The notes beneath the pieces are model-generated. The model saw only the letters and a list, made by a program, of their open reading frames with translations. It made no database searches and was not told where the DNA came from. Shown here one piece after another: positions 38,818 through 47,774 of a DNA stretch of 64,000 nt; positions within the stretch are counted from its first letter, which is position 1, and the number at the start of each line of letters is the position of its first letter. Origin of the DNA: Candidatus Omnitrophota bacterium (GTDB lineage Bacteria > Omnitrophota > Gorgyraeia > 1-14-0-20-64-10); NCBI GenBank assembly GCA_016177405.1, contig JACOVG010000013.1, positions 1,858 through 65,857 of the forward strand. Reading direction: 5' to 3'. Position numbers and translations under genes: made by a program.

Positions 38818-39875
38818 CCAACGAACTGCTTTCCCTTCTTGAGATTCCCGCCATCGATGAAAAGGCGCGCTCCGAGGCGAAGAGGCGGGTCGATTCGCTC
38901 ACCAAACCGCTGGGATCGCTGGGCCGGCTGGAGGATCTGGGCGTTGCCCTGGCCGGGATGACCGGGCGGGTCACCCCCACGCTCGAGCGCAAGGTGATTT
39001 TCACCGTGGCCGGGGACCATGGGGTTGTCCGGGAGGGGGTTTCGGCCTTTCCGCAGGAGGTGACGGCTCAGATGGTCCTGAATTTTCTGCGGGGGGGTGC
39101 TGCCATCAACGTCCTGGCTCGCGCGGCTTCCGCCGAGGTTCTGGTGGTGGATGCCGGTGTCGCGGCCGATCTTCCGAAAGCGGACGGGCTCATCCGCGTC
39201 AAGCTTAAGGCCGGCACCGAAAACATGGCCCAAGGCCCGGCCATGTCCCCGGGGGAGGCCCAGGGCATCGTGGAGGAGGGTTTTCGCCTCTTCAAAAGGA
39301 TTCACGCCGCCCGCGCCATAGACGTCGTCGGCTTGGGAGAGATGGGAATCGGCAACACCACCGCCAGCGCGGCCCTGGCGGCGGCCCTGCTGAACGTGGA
39401 GGCCTCTCTCGTTTCCGGGCGCGGCACAGGGCTCACGGACGGTCAGCTTTCCAAGAAGATTCAGGTGATCGACCAGGCCTTGAAGCTCAACCGGCCTGAT
39501 TCCAAGGACCCGATGGATTGTCTGGCCAAGGTGGGCGGTTTTGAGATCGGCTGTCTGGCCGGCATCACCTTAGCGGCCGCCTCGGCCCGGGTTCCGGTGG
39601 TGATGGACGGCTTTATCTCCACCGTGGCGGCCTTCCTGGCCTATCGGATCTCGCCGGCGGTCAAGCCATTTCTCATCGCCGCGCACCGTTCGGTGGAGCC
39701 CGGCCACAGCCTTTTGCTCAACGCCCTGGAGCTTCGGCCCCTCCTGGAGCTTCAGATGCGGCTGGGAGAAGGGACCGGAGCGGCCCTCGCTTTTCAAATC
39801 CTGGAGGCCTCGGTCCGGATCCTTTCGGAGATGGCCACCTTTTCCGAGGCCCAAGTGAGCGAGGGGACACCGTGA
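38814..39875 (+). CDS. cobT: Nicotinate-nucleotide:dimethylbenzimidazole phosphoribosyltransferase
   Basis: LTKPLGSLGRLE, DHGV, GEMGIGNTT, MRLGEGTGA. Confidence 0.96.
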   Translation: MTNELLSLLEIPAIDEKARSEAKRRVDSLTKPLGSLGRLEDLGVALAGMTGRVTPTLERKVIFTVAGDHGVVREGVSAFPQEVTAQMVLNFLRGGAAINVLARAASAEVLVVDAGVAADLPKADGLIRVKLKAGTENMAQGPAMSPGEAQGIVEEGFRLFKRIHAARAIDVVGLGEMGIGNTTASAALAAALLNVEASLVSGRGTGLTDGQLSKKIQVIDQALKLNRPDSKDPMDCLAKVGGFEIGCLAGITLAAASARVPVVMDGFISTVAAFLAYRISPAVKPFLIAAHRSVEPGHSLLLNALELRPLLELQMRLGEGTGAALAFQILEASVRILSEMATFSEAQVSEGTP

Positions 39876-40624
39876 AGTTTCTGCGCGCTCTTCAAGATGC
39901 CTTCTCCTTTCTGACCATCGTTCCGGTCGGTTCCAGGGTGGGAGGGTCCGATCCCTCCCTGCGGATGAGCAGGGCCCTTGCCTGGTTTCCCTTGGTGGGG
40001 GCTGCGGTGGGGGCCGCGGGGGCCGGGGTGGCCTGCGGAGCTTTTCGTTTCTTGCCCTGGCCGGTGGCTTCCGGTTTGGGCTTGGCGGCCGCGGTGCTCT
40101 TAACCGGCGCGCTGCACCTGGATGGTTTTGCCGACACCCTGGACGGTCTCGCGGGCGGGAAGGATCGGCAAGAGTGCCGCCGGATCATGGAGGACGCGCG
40201 CGTGGGGGTTTTTGGGGTGGTGGGTTTGATCCTTCTTCTGGGTTTGAGGTGGGAAGCCCTCCAGAGGACGGGACCGAGCCTTGTCCTCGGAACCTGGGTG
40301 ACCGCGGGGTTGTTCAGCCGCTTGGGGATGGTTTTGTCGGCCCAGTTCTTTCCTTATGGTCCGGGCCGGAAGGGTCTGGGCTCCTGGGTGACCGGCCGCA
40401 AGGTTCCCGGCGCGGTGGCCTGGGCGGTTCTTCTGGCGCTGGGGGGCAGTCTCTTCTTCTGGGTCGTCCCCAAGGTTCTGGTGTGGCTGGGTTTGACCCT
40501 CGGGGTGGCGGCGCTTTTCAACACCTGGGTGAAGAGCCGTCTGGGAGGGATCACCGGGGACACCCTGGGGGCCGTGAATGAGATTCTGGAAACGCTCCTG
40601 CTGATGGCCATGGTGGCGGGGTGA
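39872..40624 (+). CDS. cobS: Adenosylcobinamide-GDP ribazoletransferase (cobalamin synthase)
   Basis: FLTIVP, TGALHLDGFADTLDG, GGITGDTLGA. Confidence 0.95.
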   Translation: MKFLRALQDAFSFLTIVPVGSRVGGSDPSLRMSRALAWFPLVGAAVGAAGAGVACGAFRFLPWPVASGLGLAAAVLLTGALHLDGFADTLDGLAGGKDRQECRRIMEDARVGVFGVVGLILLLGLRWEALQRTGPSLVLGTWVTAGLFSRLGMVLSAQFFPYGPGRKGLGSWVTGRKVPGAVAWAVLLALGGSLFFWVVPKVLVWLGLTLGVAALFNTWVKSRLGGITGDTLGAVNEILETLLLMAMVAG

Positions 40625-41706
40625 GCCCACACGGCGGGAACATCTGGGAGCTGTGCCGGCGCCGCGGCTTCGACCCCCCAGAGGTCCTTGATGTGAGCGC
40701 GGATCTGAACCCCTTGGGCCCGCCGCCGGGCTGGGAGGGGCGGCTCGCGGAAGGCCTCAAGAGTCTGCGTTGGTATCCGGATCCGGATTATCTGGATTTC
40801 CGCCGCGCCGCGGCTTGCCTTCATGGTCTTGAGCCGGAGTGCATCCTGCCCGGCAACGGAACCGCGGAGCTCATTCACCTTGCGGCCGGCGCTTCACGGT
40901 TCCGGCGGGCAGTGGTGGCCGTTCCAACCTTCACCGAATACGAAAGGGCTCTGGCGGGCAGGGGCAAGCCGATTTCTCTCTGGCCCCTTCAGGCGCCCGG
41001 CTTCAGGCCGCCATCCCTTCCCAGCGATTTCTCCGGCTGTGAGAGCGGCTTGATCTTCCTGTGCAACCCCAACAATCCCACCGGCACCCTCTGGCCCAGG
41101 GAGAGCCTGGTGGAGCTTCTGGCGGCGGCCGGCAAACATCAGGCGACGGTGGTGGTGGACGAGGCCTATCTTGATTTTGTTCCTGATCCCGGGCGTTACT
41201 CCATGGCCGGCCAGGTGAAGCATTTTAAGAATCTCATCGTCCTGCGCTCCCTGACCAAATCGTTCGCCCTGCCGGGTTTGAGGATCGGCTACCTGGCGGC
41301 CGAGCCCGGGATGGCCGCGGCGCTGGCCCAGGAACAGCCTCCTTGGTCTCTGAACGCCTTGGCCGCCGGGTTGGGGCCCTGGCTTCTGGAGCAGTCCGGT
41401 CACCTGGCCGAGAGCCGGCGGGAGCTCACGAAACTGCGCTTGGAATTGCTGGAGGACTTGAGGAGCGTGCCCGGCCTTCGAATCCATCCTTCCGAGGCAA
41501 ACTTCTTCTTGTGCGAGCTGACCGACCCGGAGCTCTCGACGCGGGAGATCCGTCAGGCGCTGGAGGGCCAAGGAATCTTGATTCGGACCTGCGACGACTT
41601 TACCGGTCTCACGCCCGGCCGTTTCTTCCGGGTGGCGGTGAAGCCGCGGCGTGAGAACGAACGGCTCATCACCGCGATGAAGGGGCTCTTCGCGCATGCA
41701 AACTGA
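40621..41706 (+). CDS. cobD: L-threonine-O-3-phosphate decarboxylase
   Basis: HGGN, NPLGPP, CNPNNPTG, DEAYLDF, RSLTKSFALPGLRIGY; cob operon context. Confidence 0.88.
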   Translation: MSPHGGNIWELCRRRGFDPPEVLDVSADLNPLGPPPGWEGRLAEGLKSLRWYPDPDYLDFRRAAACLHGLEPECILPGNGTAELIHLAAGASRFRRAVVAVPTFTEYERALAGRGKPISLWPLQAPGFRPPSLPSDFSGCESGLIFLCNPNNPTGTLWPRESLVELLAAAGKHQATVVVDEAYLDFVPDPGRYSMAGQVKHFKNLIVLRSLTKSFALPGLRIGYLAAEPGMAAALAQEQPPWSLNALAAGLGPWLLEQSGHLAESRRELTKLRLELLEDLRSVPGLRIHPSEANFFLCELTDPELSTREIRQALEGQGILIRTCDDFTGLTPGRFFRVAVKPRRENERLITAMKGLFAHAN

Positions 41707-43198
41707 TTTCCTGATGTTCCAGGGGACCGGCTCCCACGTGGGGAAGTCGGTTCTCGCGACCGCCCTGTGCCGGATTCTCCGTCGAAGGGGGATCCGGGCG
41801 GCCCCCTTCAAGGCGATGAACATGTCCAACAACGCCTGGGTCACGCGCGCAGGCGGCGAGATGGCCTATGCCCAGGCGGCGCAGGCCTGGGCCGCCGGCG
41901 TGGAGCCGGCGGTGGAGATGAACCCTGTTCTCCTGAAGCCGGAGGCGGATCACACCTCCTCCCTCATCGTCCTGGGCAAGCCCGAGGGGCGCCTGCCCGC
42001 GATGGGAATCCGGGAGGTTCGCGAGCGCCTGATCCAGGTGATGGAAGAGAGCTTGAACCGGCTTGCTGGGGAGTTTGAGTTCATCGTGATCGAAGGGGCC
42101 GGGTCCCCCGCCGAGGTGAATCTTGCCCAGTGGGATCTGGCGAACATGGCGGTGGCCCGGAAGGTTCGGGCTCCGGTGATTCTGGTGGGGGACATCGAGC
42201 GGGGCGGGGTCTTTGCTCAAATTGTGGGAACGCTCGCCCTGTTGAATCCGGAGGATCTCGGGCTCGTGCGAGGCTTCGTGATCAACAAGTTCCGGGGGGA
42301 GCGGTCCCTGCTGGATCCGGGTTTAACCTGGCTTGAACAGCGGACCGGCCTTCCGGTTTTCGGCGTTGTTCCGTTTCTTCATGACCTTCGGATCCCGCAG
42401 GAGGACGCGGTGGCCTTGTCCGATCCGGCCGCGCCCCTGCCGAAGCCTTCCGCCAACGGCTCCTGGATCCGGATTCAGGTGGTTCGCTACCCCCAGATCG
42501 CGAACTTCACCGATTTTAAGCCGCTAGAAGAGGAGCCCGGGGTCCAGGTGGAGTACCTCACCCGGCCGCCACCGGACGCCCGGCGGCCCCGGCCCCATCT
42601 CTTGATCCTGCCGGGCACGAAGAGCACGGTCTCGGACCTTCAGTGGCTGAGGGAGCGGGGATTCGAGCCGTACTTGAAGAGCTCTCTCCAAGCCGGTGTC
42701 GAGGTGCTCGGGATCTGCGGCGGTTTCCAGATGCTGGGTGAGTGGATTCGCGATCCGGCCCACGTCGAGTCCGCTTACGCCAGCGTGGCGGGTCTGGGGC
42801 TCCTGCCCGCCTCCACGCGGTTTACGCCTGCCAAGGTGACGGTTCAGGTGGAGGGGGTCCACCCGGAAAGCGGGCTGACCATTCGGGGCTACGAGCTTCA
42901 TGCCGGTTGTCTTGAGGCGAACCATAAGGGAGAGCCGGTTTTCCGGATCACCCGCCGGGGCGGCCAAGCGGCCGACGGTTGGGACGGCTGCCGCCTGGCC
43001 GATCTACCGGTCTGGGGCACCTACCTGCATGGGCTCTTTGATGAGCCCGGCTTCAGGCGCTGGTTTCTGAATCGGCTGCTTCCCCGGGGGGGAGAGGGTG
43101 CGGGTGAGGGAGGGGACCCTTACGATTTCCTGGCCGATCAGGTGGAAAAGGCTCTTAACCTTTCGGAGATTCTTCCTCTATGGAAGCCATCGGTCTAA
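41696..43198 (+). CDS. cobQ: Cobyric acid synthase (CbiP/CobQ)
   Basis: GTGSHVGKS, PFKAMNMSNN, EGAGSPAEVNL, GICGGFQMLG, GTYLHGLF. Confidence 0.96.
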   Translation: MQTDFLMFQGTGSHVGKSVLATALCRILRRRGIRAAPFKAMNMSNNAWVTRAGGEMAYAQAAQAWAAGVEPAVEMNPVLLKPEADHTSSLIVLGKPEGRLPAMGIREVRERLIQVMEESLNRLAGEFEFIVIEGAGSPAEVNLAQWDLANMAVARKVRAPVILVGDIERGGVFAQIVGTLALLNPEDLGLVRGFVINKFRGERSLLDPGLTWLEQRTGLPVFGVVPFLHDLRIPQEDAVALSDPAAPLPKPSANGSWIRIQVVRYPQIANFTDFKPLEEEPGVQVEYLTRPPPDARRPRPHLLILPGTKSTVSDLQWLRERGFEPYLKSSLQAGVEVLGICGGFQMLGEWIRDPAHVESAYASVAGLGLLPASTRFTPAKVTVQVEGVHPESGLTIRGYELHAGCLEANHKGEPVFRITRRGGQAADGWDGCRLADLPVWGTYLHGLFDEPGFRRWFLNRLLPRGGEGAGEGGDPYDFLADQVEKALNLSEILPLWKPSV

Positions 43199-44124
43199 GG
43201 ATCGTCTTGGCCTACGGCTTGGATCTCCTGCTGGGAGATCCGGCCTGGCTGCCTCATCCGATCCGGGGCTTAGGCTGGGTGATCGAAAGCTCCGAGGCCG
43301 CCCTCCGGCGCCTGATCCGCAGTGAGCTTTTGGGCGGCATTCTTCTTGTTCTTCTGATCGGCGGGGGGACTTGGGGCCTGGTGGGGTTTGTGGTGGGTTG
43401 GGCGGCGCGGATTTCGCCGCTTTTTGCCCTGGGGATGGAGGCGGCCTTCCTCTATATCTGCTTGTCCACCAAGGATCTGGCGGTGGAAAGCTGGCCGGTC
43501 TTCCGCGCCCTGGAGCGAGGGGATCTGCCGTTGGCCAGGCGGAAGCTTTCCATGATCGTGGGAAGGGACACCGGGGAGCTTGACGAACCGGAGGTGACCC
43601 GCGGCACGGTGGAAACGATCGGCGAGAGCCTCATGGATGGCGTGGTCTCACCCCTGTTTTACGCCGCCATCGGCGGGGTGGGGCTGGCCTGCTGTTACAA
43701 GGCGGTCAACACCCTCGATTCCATGGTGGGATACCGGTCGAGCCGTTACCTCCGCTTTGGAAAGGCGTCGGCGGCCGTTGACCGGTGTATGAACGCCCTC
43801 CCCGCCTGGATCACGGCCGGCCTCATCGCGGCGGCCGCGGGATTGCTGGGCTTGCCGGGAGGCGGTTCTCTTCGGGCGTTTCTCAAGAATCCCAGGGCGC
43901 GCCAGGAGAACTCCTGGATCCCCGAGGCGGCGATGGCCGGAGCGCTGGGGGTCCGGTTGGGCGGGGTCAACCGGTATCAGGGTCTTGCCGTTGAAACCCC
44001 TTTTCTGGGTGAGCCGCTTAGGCCGTTAGGCCGGGCGGTCATTCCCCAGGCGATCCGGGTGATGTGGATGGCCTCGGGGCTGTCCCTTTTCGCGGCGCTG
44101 GGCTTGGCTGGGCTTATCCGATGA
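43180..44124 (+). CDS. cbiB: Adenosylcobinamide-phosphate synthase CbiB
   Basis: LLGDP..HP, IVGRDT, YKAVNTLDSMVGY, EAAMAGALGV.LGG. Confidence 0.95.
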   Translation: MEAIGLRIVLAYGLDLLLGDPAWLPHPIRGLGWVIESSEAALRRLIRSELLGGILLVLLIGGGTWGLVGFVVGWAARISPLFALGMEAAFLYICLSTKDLAVESWPVFRALERGDLPLARRKLSMIVGRDTGELDEPEVTRGTVETIGESLMDGVVSPLFYAAIGGVGLACCYKAVNTLDSMVGYRSSRYLRFGKASAAVDRCMNALPAWITAGLIAAAAGLLGLPGGGSLRAFLKNPRARQENSWIPEAAMAGALGVRLGGVNRYQGLAVETPFLGEPLRPLGRAVIPQAIRVMWMASGLSLFAALGLAGLIR

Positions 44125-47100
44125 CCAGGGTCCCCAGGCTTCTCATCGCCGGAACGGCGAGCGGGGCGGGCAAGACCACCGTGACCTTGGGGCTGGCGGC
44201 GCTTTTAAGACAAAAGGGTCTGGTGGTCCAGCCGTTTAAGGCGGGCCCGGACTACATCGATTCCGCTTATCACACCCAGGCGGCCGGACGCCCCTGCCGG
44301 AATCTGGACGCCTGGCTCGTTCCCTCCGGCTCCTTGAACGCCATCCTGACCGGGGCGGCCCAGGGGGCCGACCTGTCTTTGGTGGAAGGGATGATGGGCC
44401 TGTTCGATGGGATCGGGCCCACCGGGGAGGAGGCCAGCACCGCGGAGCTGGCCAAGAAGCTCGCCTTGCCGGTTCTTTTGGTGGTGGACGCGGGCTCTTT
44501 CTCCCGCTCGGCCGCCGCCCTGGTGAGAGGCTTCAGGGATTTCGACCGGAAGGTCAAGATCGCCGGCTGTTTCCTGAACCGGGTTTCCTCGGAAGCCCAT
44601 GCCCTCCTGGTGAAGAGGGGGATTGAGACCCTGGCCGGGGTGCCGGTGGTCGGCTTTCTGCCCCAGGACGGCCGCCTTCGGCTGCCCGAGCGCCACCTGG
44701 GGCTGGTCCCTTCCGTCGAGCAAAAGGGCTGGCAGAGGATTCTGGCTCTCCTGGTCAAGCAGATGGAGCACAGCGTGGATGCCGAGGCTCTGCTGCGCTT
44801 GGCCCGGCGCGCGCCCCCCTTGGAGGCAGCAGCTATTTTAGGGTCATTGCGAGGAGCCGGCCAGAGGCTGGCGACGAAGCAATCTCAGGGATTGCTTCGC
44901 CCCTTCGGGGCTCGCAATGACATGAGGAGGGTGCCCATCGCGGTCGCCAGGGACGAGGCGTTTCACTTTTATTATCCGGAAAATTTGGAGCTTCTTGAAA
45001 AGTTCGGGGCGGAGATGGTTCCCTTCAGCCCCCTAAAGGATCGGAGCCTTCCGCGGGGGGCTGCCGGGCTCTATCTGGGAGGGGGATTCCCCGAGGTTTT
45101 CGCCGAGCCGCTTTCCAGGAACGCTTCCCTCCATCGGGAGATTCGGGAGAAGGCGGCCGCTGGGCTGCCCACCTATGCCGAGTGCGGGGGTTTGATGTAT
45201 CTTTCGCGAAGCATCCGTTCCACAAAGAGAAGGAGCTTTTCCATGGTGGGACTTGTCCCGGCCGAGATTCGGATGACCGACCGGCTTCAGCATTTCGGAT
45301 ACAAGAAACTTCGGGCTTGCCGGACCACGGTCCTGGCGAGGGCAGGGGAGAAGGCCAGGGGCCACGAGTTCCATCACTCGCAAGCCGTGGGGATTCCCGT
45401 GGAGGAGCGGGCCCCTTATGAGGCCCGGTCGGCCGGCGGCGAGGGCAGGCGCCTGGAGGGGTATGCCTACGGCAGTCTCCTGGCTTCCTATGTCCACCTT
45501 CATTTCATGAGCCAGCCGGCTTGGGCTAAGCGGTTGGTTGAGGCCGCGCGCCGCTGGTCAGGAGTTCTTCTTTTTCTCACCGCTTACAGCTTGCAGCTTA
45601 TCGCCGTCTCTTTCGCGGAGGAGCCGACCCGCCTGGAGGAGGTGGTCGTCACCGCCACCAAGGCCAAGACCCCGGCCAAGGAGGTGACCCGGGCGGTTTC
45701 GGTGATACCGGCCGAGCGCTTAAGCGTCGTCAAGGGAGGATTTGTCTCGCAGGGCTTGAGCGACGTGCCGGAGACCCTGGTCCGCCGGACCGGGTCCATC
45801 GGACGCACGACGGCTGTGGTGATTCGGGGGGCGTCGGCGACCCAGGTCCATGTGACCGTGGATGGCGCCCATGTGGCCAGCCCAACCACCGGCTCCTTCG
45901 ATTTCAACCATTTCACGCCGGATAATCTGGAACGGATCGAGATCCTCCGCGGGCCCGGCAGCACCCTCTACGGCGCGGACGCCATGGGAGGCGTGATCAA
46001 TCTCGTCACCCGGCGCGGCGAAGGGCCGTTCACCTTCTCCGCCACCTCGGAGTATGGCACCCTTTTGGACACCTTTCGGGAAGCCGCCTCCATGCAAGGG
46101 GCCTCGGGGCCGTGGCATCTGTCGGCCTCCTCCTCCCGGATGGACGCCAACGGCCTAAGCCAGAACGACGACTACCAAAATCTGAATCTTTCCACACGGA
46201 TTGGCTATGACCTGCCCAACCAGGCAACGGCGGATCTGACCCTGCGCCACATCTGGGCCGTGGTCGGGGTGGACGACGGCCCCTTTCGCCCGGACACGAA
46301 CCGGAGGGACCGGGAACGGCAGACCATCGGGACGGTCCGCCTGGAAGCCCCGGTGACGGCCTGGTGGAGCCAAACCTGGCGCTTCTCCACGGCCATCTCG
46401 AACTTCATCGACAACGATCCCTCCAACGGCGGCACCCAAACCGACAGCCTCTTCAAGCTGGATACCGAGCGCTATGGCGCCGAATGGATGAACCGCTTCA
46501 CTCCGGTTTCCTGGGACGCGCTGACCGTGGGTCTGGAGTTCGAAGACCGGGAGGCCGACAACCGGAGTTTTTCGAAAACCCAGGTCACGCGCGCCGCCTA
46601 CCTCCAGAATCAGTGGCGGCCCGTTGATCCCCTGACGGTGGTTGCCGGTTTCCGGTTCTTTCGGGAGAGCGCCTTCGGCAGCGATCAGGTCTTCGACCTG
46701 TCGGCGGCCTATTTCCACGAGCCCTGGGGTCTCAAGGCGCGCGGGGGCTATGGCCAGGGCTTCCGTCCTCCCACCCTGAACGAGCTTTTCTTTCCCGGCT
46801 TTGGTGTCCCCAACCTCTCTCCGGAAAAGAGCGAAACCTGGGAGATGGGCTTTGACCAGGTGCTCTGGGACAACCGGATCAATTGGTCCGGCACCCTCTT
46901 TCGGACGGAGTACGAGGATCTGATTCAGACCGTCCGGGTCTCGTCCACCGTTTCCGCGCCTCAAAATGTGGGCAAGTCGAGGATTCGCGGGGCGGAGCTG
47001 GAGCTTGAGCTCAAACCCTGGGACCCTTGGACCTTGACCGGCTCCTACACCCACCTGGAGGCCAACGAGGATCCCAGCGACGAGGAGCTCTTGAGGGTGC

Positions 47101-47384
47101 CCAAGAACACCGTGGGCTTCAGCGCGGGGTTTGCCCCCTCCAAGAGGTGGGACGCCCGCCTGGAGGGACTGCTGGTCTCAAGCCGGGAGGAGTCCACCGG
47201 CACCAACTCCCGCAACAAGACCAAGGGGTACCTCAAGCTCGATGCCCTGCTGCAGTACCGCTTCAAGCCGTGGTTGAGAGGCCATTTGAGGGTGGACAAC
47301 CTGACCGACCGCCAGTATGCCGAGGTGCTGGGTTTTCCGGCCGAGGGGCTCGCGGCCTCCGTGGGGCTGACGGTGGAGCGATGA
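44121..47384 (+). CDS. cbiA: Fusion: cobyrinate a,c-diamide synthase (CbiA/CobB) + internal signal peptide + BtuB-like TonB-dependent receptor
   Basis: N-part: SGAGKTT, FKAGPDYID, EGMMGLFDG, ERHLGL, AECGGLMYL, GHEFH, SYVHLHF. C-part from ~45618: TonB box LEEVVVTAT, plug ERIEILRGPGSTLYG..A.GGVIN, GFRPPTLNEL, DNLTD.QY. No stop between the two parts. Confidence 0.88.
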   Translation: MTRVPRLLIAGTASGAGKTTVTLGLAALLRQKGLVVQPFKAGPDYIDSAYHTQAAGRPCRNLDAWLVPSGSLNAILTGAAQGADLSLVEGMMGLFDGIGPTGEEASTAELAKKLALPVLLVVDAGSFSRSAAALVRGFRDFDRKVKIAGCFLNRVSSEAHALLVKRGIETLAGVPVVGFLPQDGRLRLPERHLGLVPSVEQKGWQRILALLVKQMEHSVDAEALLRLARRAPPLEAAAILGSLRGAGQRLATKQSQGLLRPFGARNDMRRVPIAVARDEAFHFYYPENLELLEKFGAEMVPFSPLKDRSLPRGAAGLYLGGGFPEVFAEPLSRNASLHREIREKAAAGLPTYAECGGLMYLSRSIRSTKRRSFSMVGLVPAEIRMTDRLQHFGYKKLRACRTTVLARAGEKARGHEFHHSQAVGIPVEERAPYEARSAGGEGRRLEGYAYGSLLASYVHLHFMSQPAWAKRLVEAARRWSGVLLFLTAYSLQLIAVSFAEEPTRLEEVVVTATKAKTPAKEVTRAVSVIPAERLSVVKGGFVSQGLSDVPETLVRRTGSIGRTTAVVIRGASATQVHVTVDGAHVASPTTGSFDFNHFTPDNLERIEILRGPGSTLYGADAMGGVINLVTRRGEGPFTFSATSEYGTLLDTFREAASMQGASGPWHLSASSSRMDANGLSQNDDYQNLNLSTRIGYDLPNQATADLTLRHIWAVVGVDDGPFRPDTNRRDRERQTIGTVRLEAPVTAWWSQTWRFSTAISNFIDNDPSNGGTQTDSLFKLDTERYGAEWMNRFTPVSWDALTVGLEFEDREADNRSFSKTQVTRAAYLQNQWRPVDPLTVVAGFRFFRESAFGSDQVFDLSAAYFHEPWGLKARGGYGQGFRPPTLNELFFPGFGVPNLSPEKSETWEMGFDQVLWDNRINWSGTLFRTEYEDLIQTVRVSSTVSAPQNVGKSRIRGAELELELKPWDPWTLTGSYTHLEANEDPSDEELLRVPKNTVGFSAGFAPSKRWDARLEGLLVSSREESTGTNSRNKTKGYLKLDALLQYRFKPWLRGHLRVDNLTDRQYAEVLGFPAEGLAASVGLTVER
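44843..44921. repeat. REP/RPE-like palindromic element inserted in the cbiA interdomain linker
   Basis: GTCATTGCGAG...CTCGCAATGAC terminal inverted repeat enclosing CGAAGCAATC/GATTGCTTCG; reading frame preserved. Confidence 0.8.
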
Positions 47385-47773
47385 CCCTGGCTATGAGTTG
47401 GGGGCTTGTGCGGTGCGCCGGAGTCTTACTGATGCTGGGGCTGGCGGCGGGGTGCGCGACGGTGCCGAGAGAGTTTCCGGTGACGCTGGAGGTGGACTAT
47501 GGCCCAGCCGGAAAGCCGGCCATCCATGAGACGGTCATCGTCTCTCGTGGGGCGACGCCGGAGGCGGCCACCACCGCGGTTTTCCCGATTGAGAAAGGGT
47601 CGGTCTGCTGTGACCCCCGGGAGACCTCTGCCATCGACGGAGTGGCTGCCGATCCCGCGGCCAACCGCTGGTGGGTGGTCTCGGTGAACGGCTCGAAGAA
47701 GGTCTCCCCCTATAAAACCAAACTCAAGCTGGGTGACAAGATCCGTTGGGAATACCGCCAATATGAGCAGTAA
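47381..47773 (+). CDS. DUF4430-like (transcobalamin beta-domain-like) lipoprotein
   Basis: Lipobox LAAG-C; AIDGV..WWVVSVNG..LKLGDKIRWEY pattern. Confidence 0.7.
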   Translation: MTLAMSWGLVRCAGVLLMLGLAAGCATVPREFPVTLEVDYGPAGKPAIHETVIVSRGATPEAATTAVFPIEKGSVCCDPRETSAIDGVAADPAANRWWVVSVNGSKKVSPYKTKLKLGDKIRWEYRQYEQ

Positions 47774-47774
47774 G

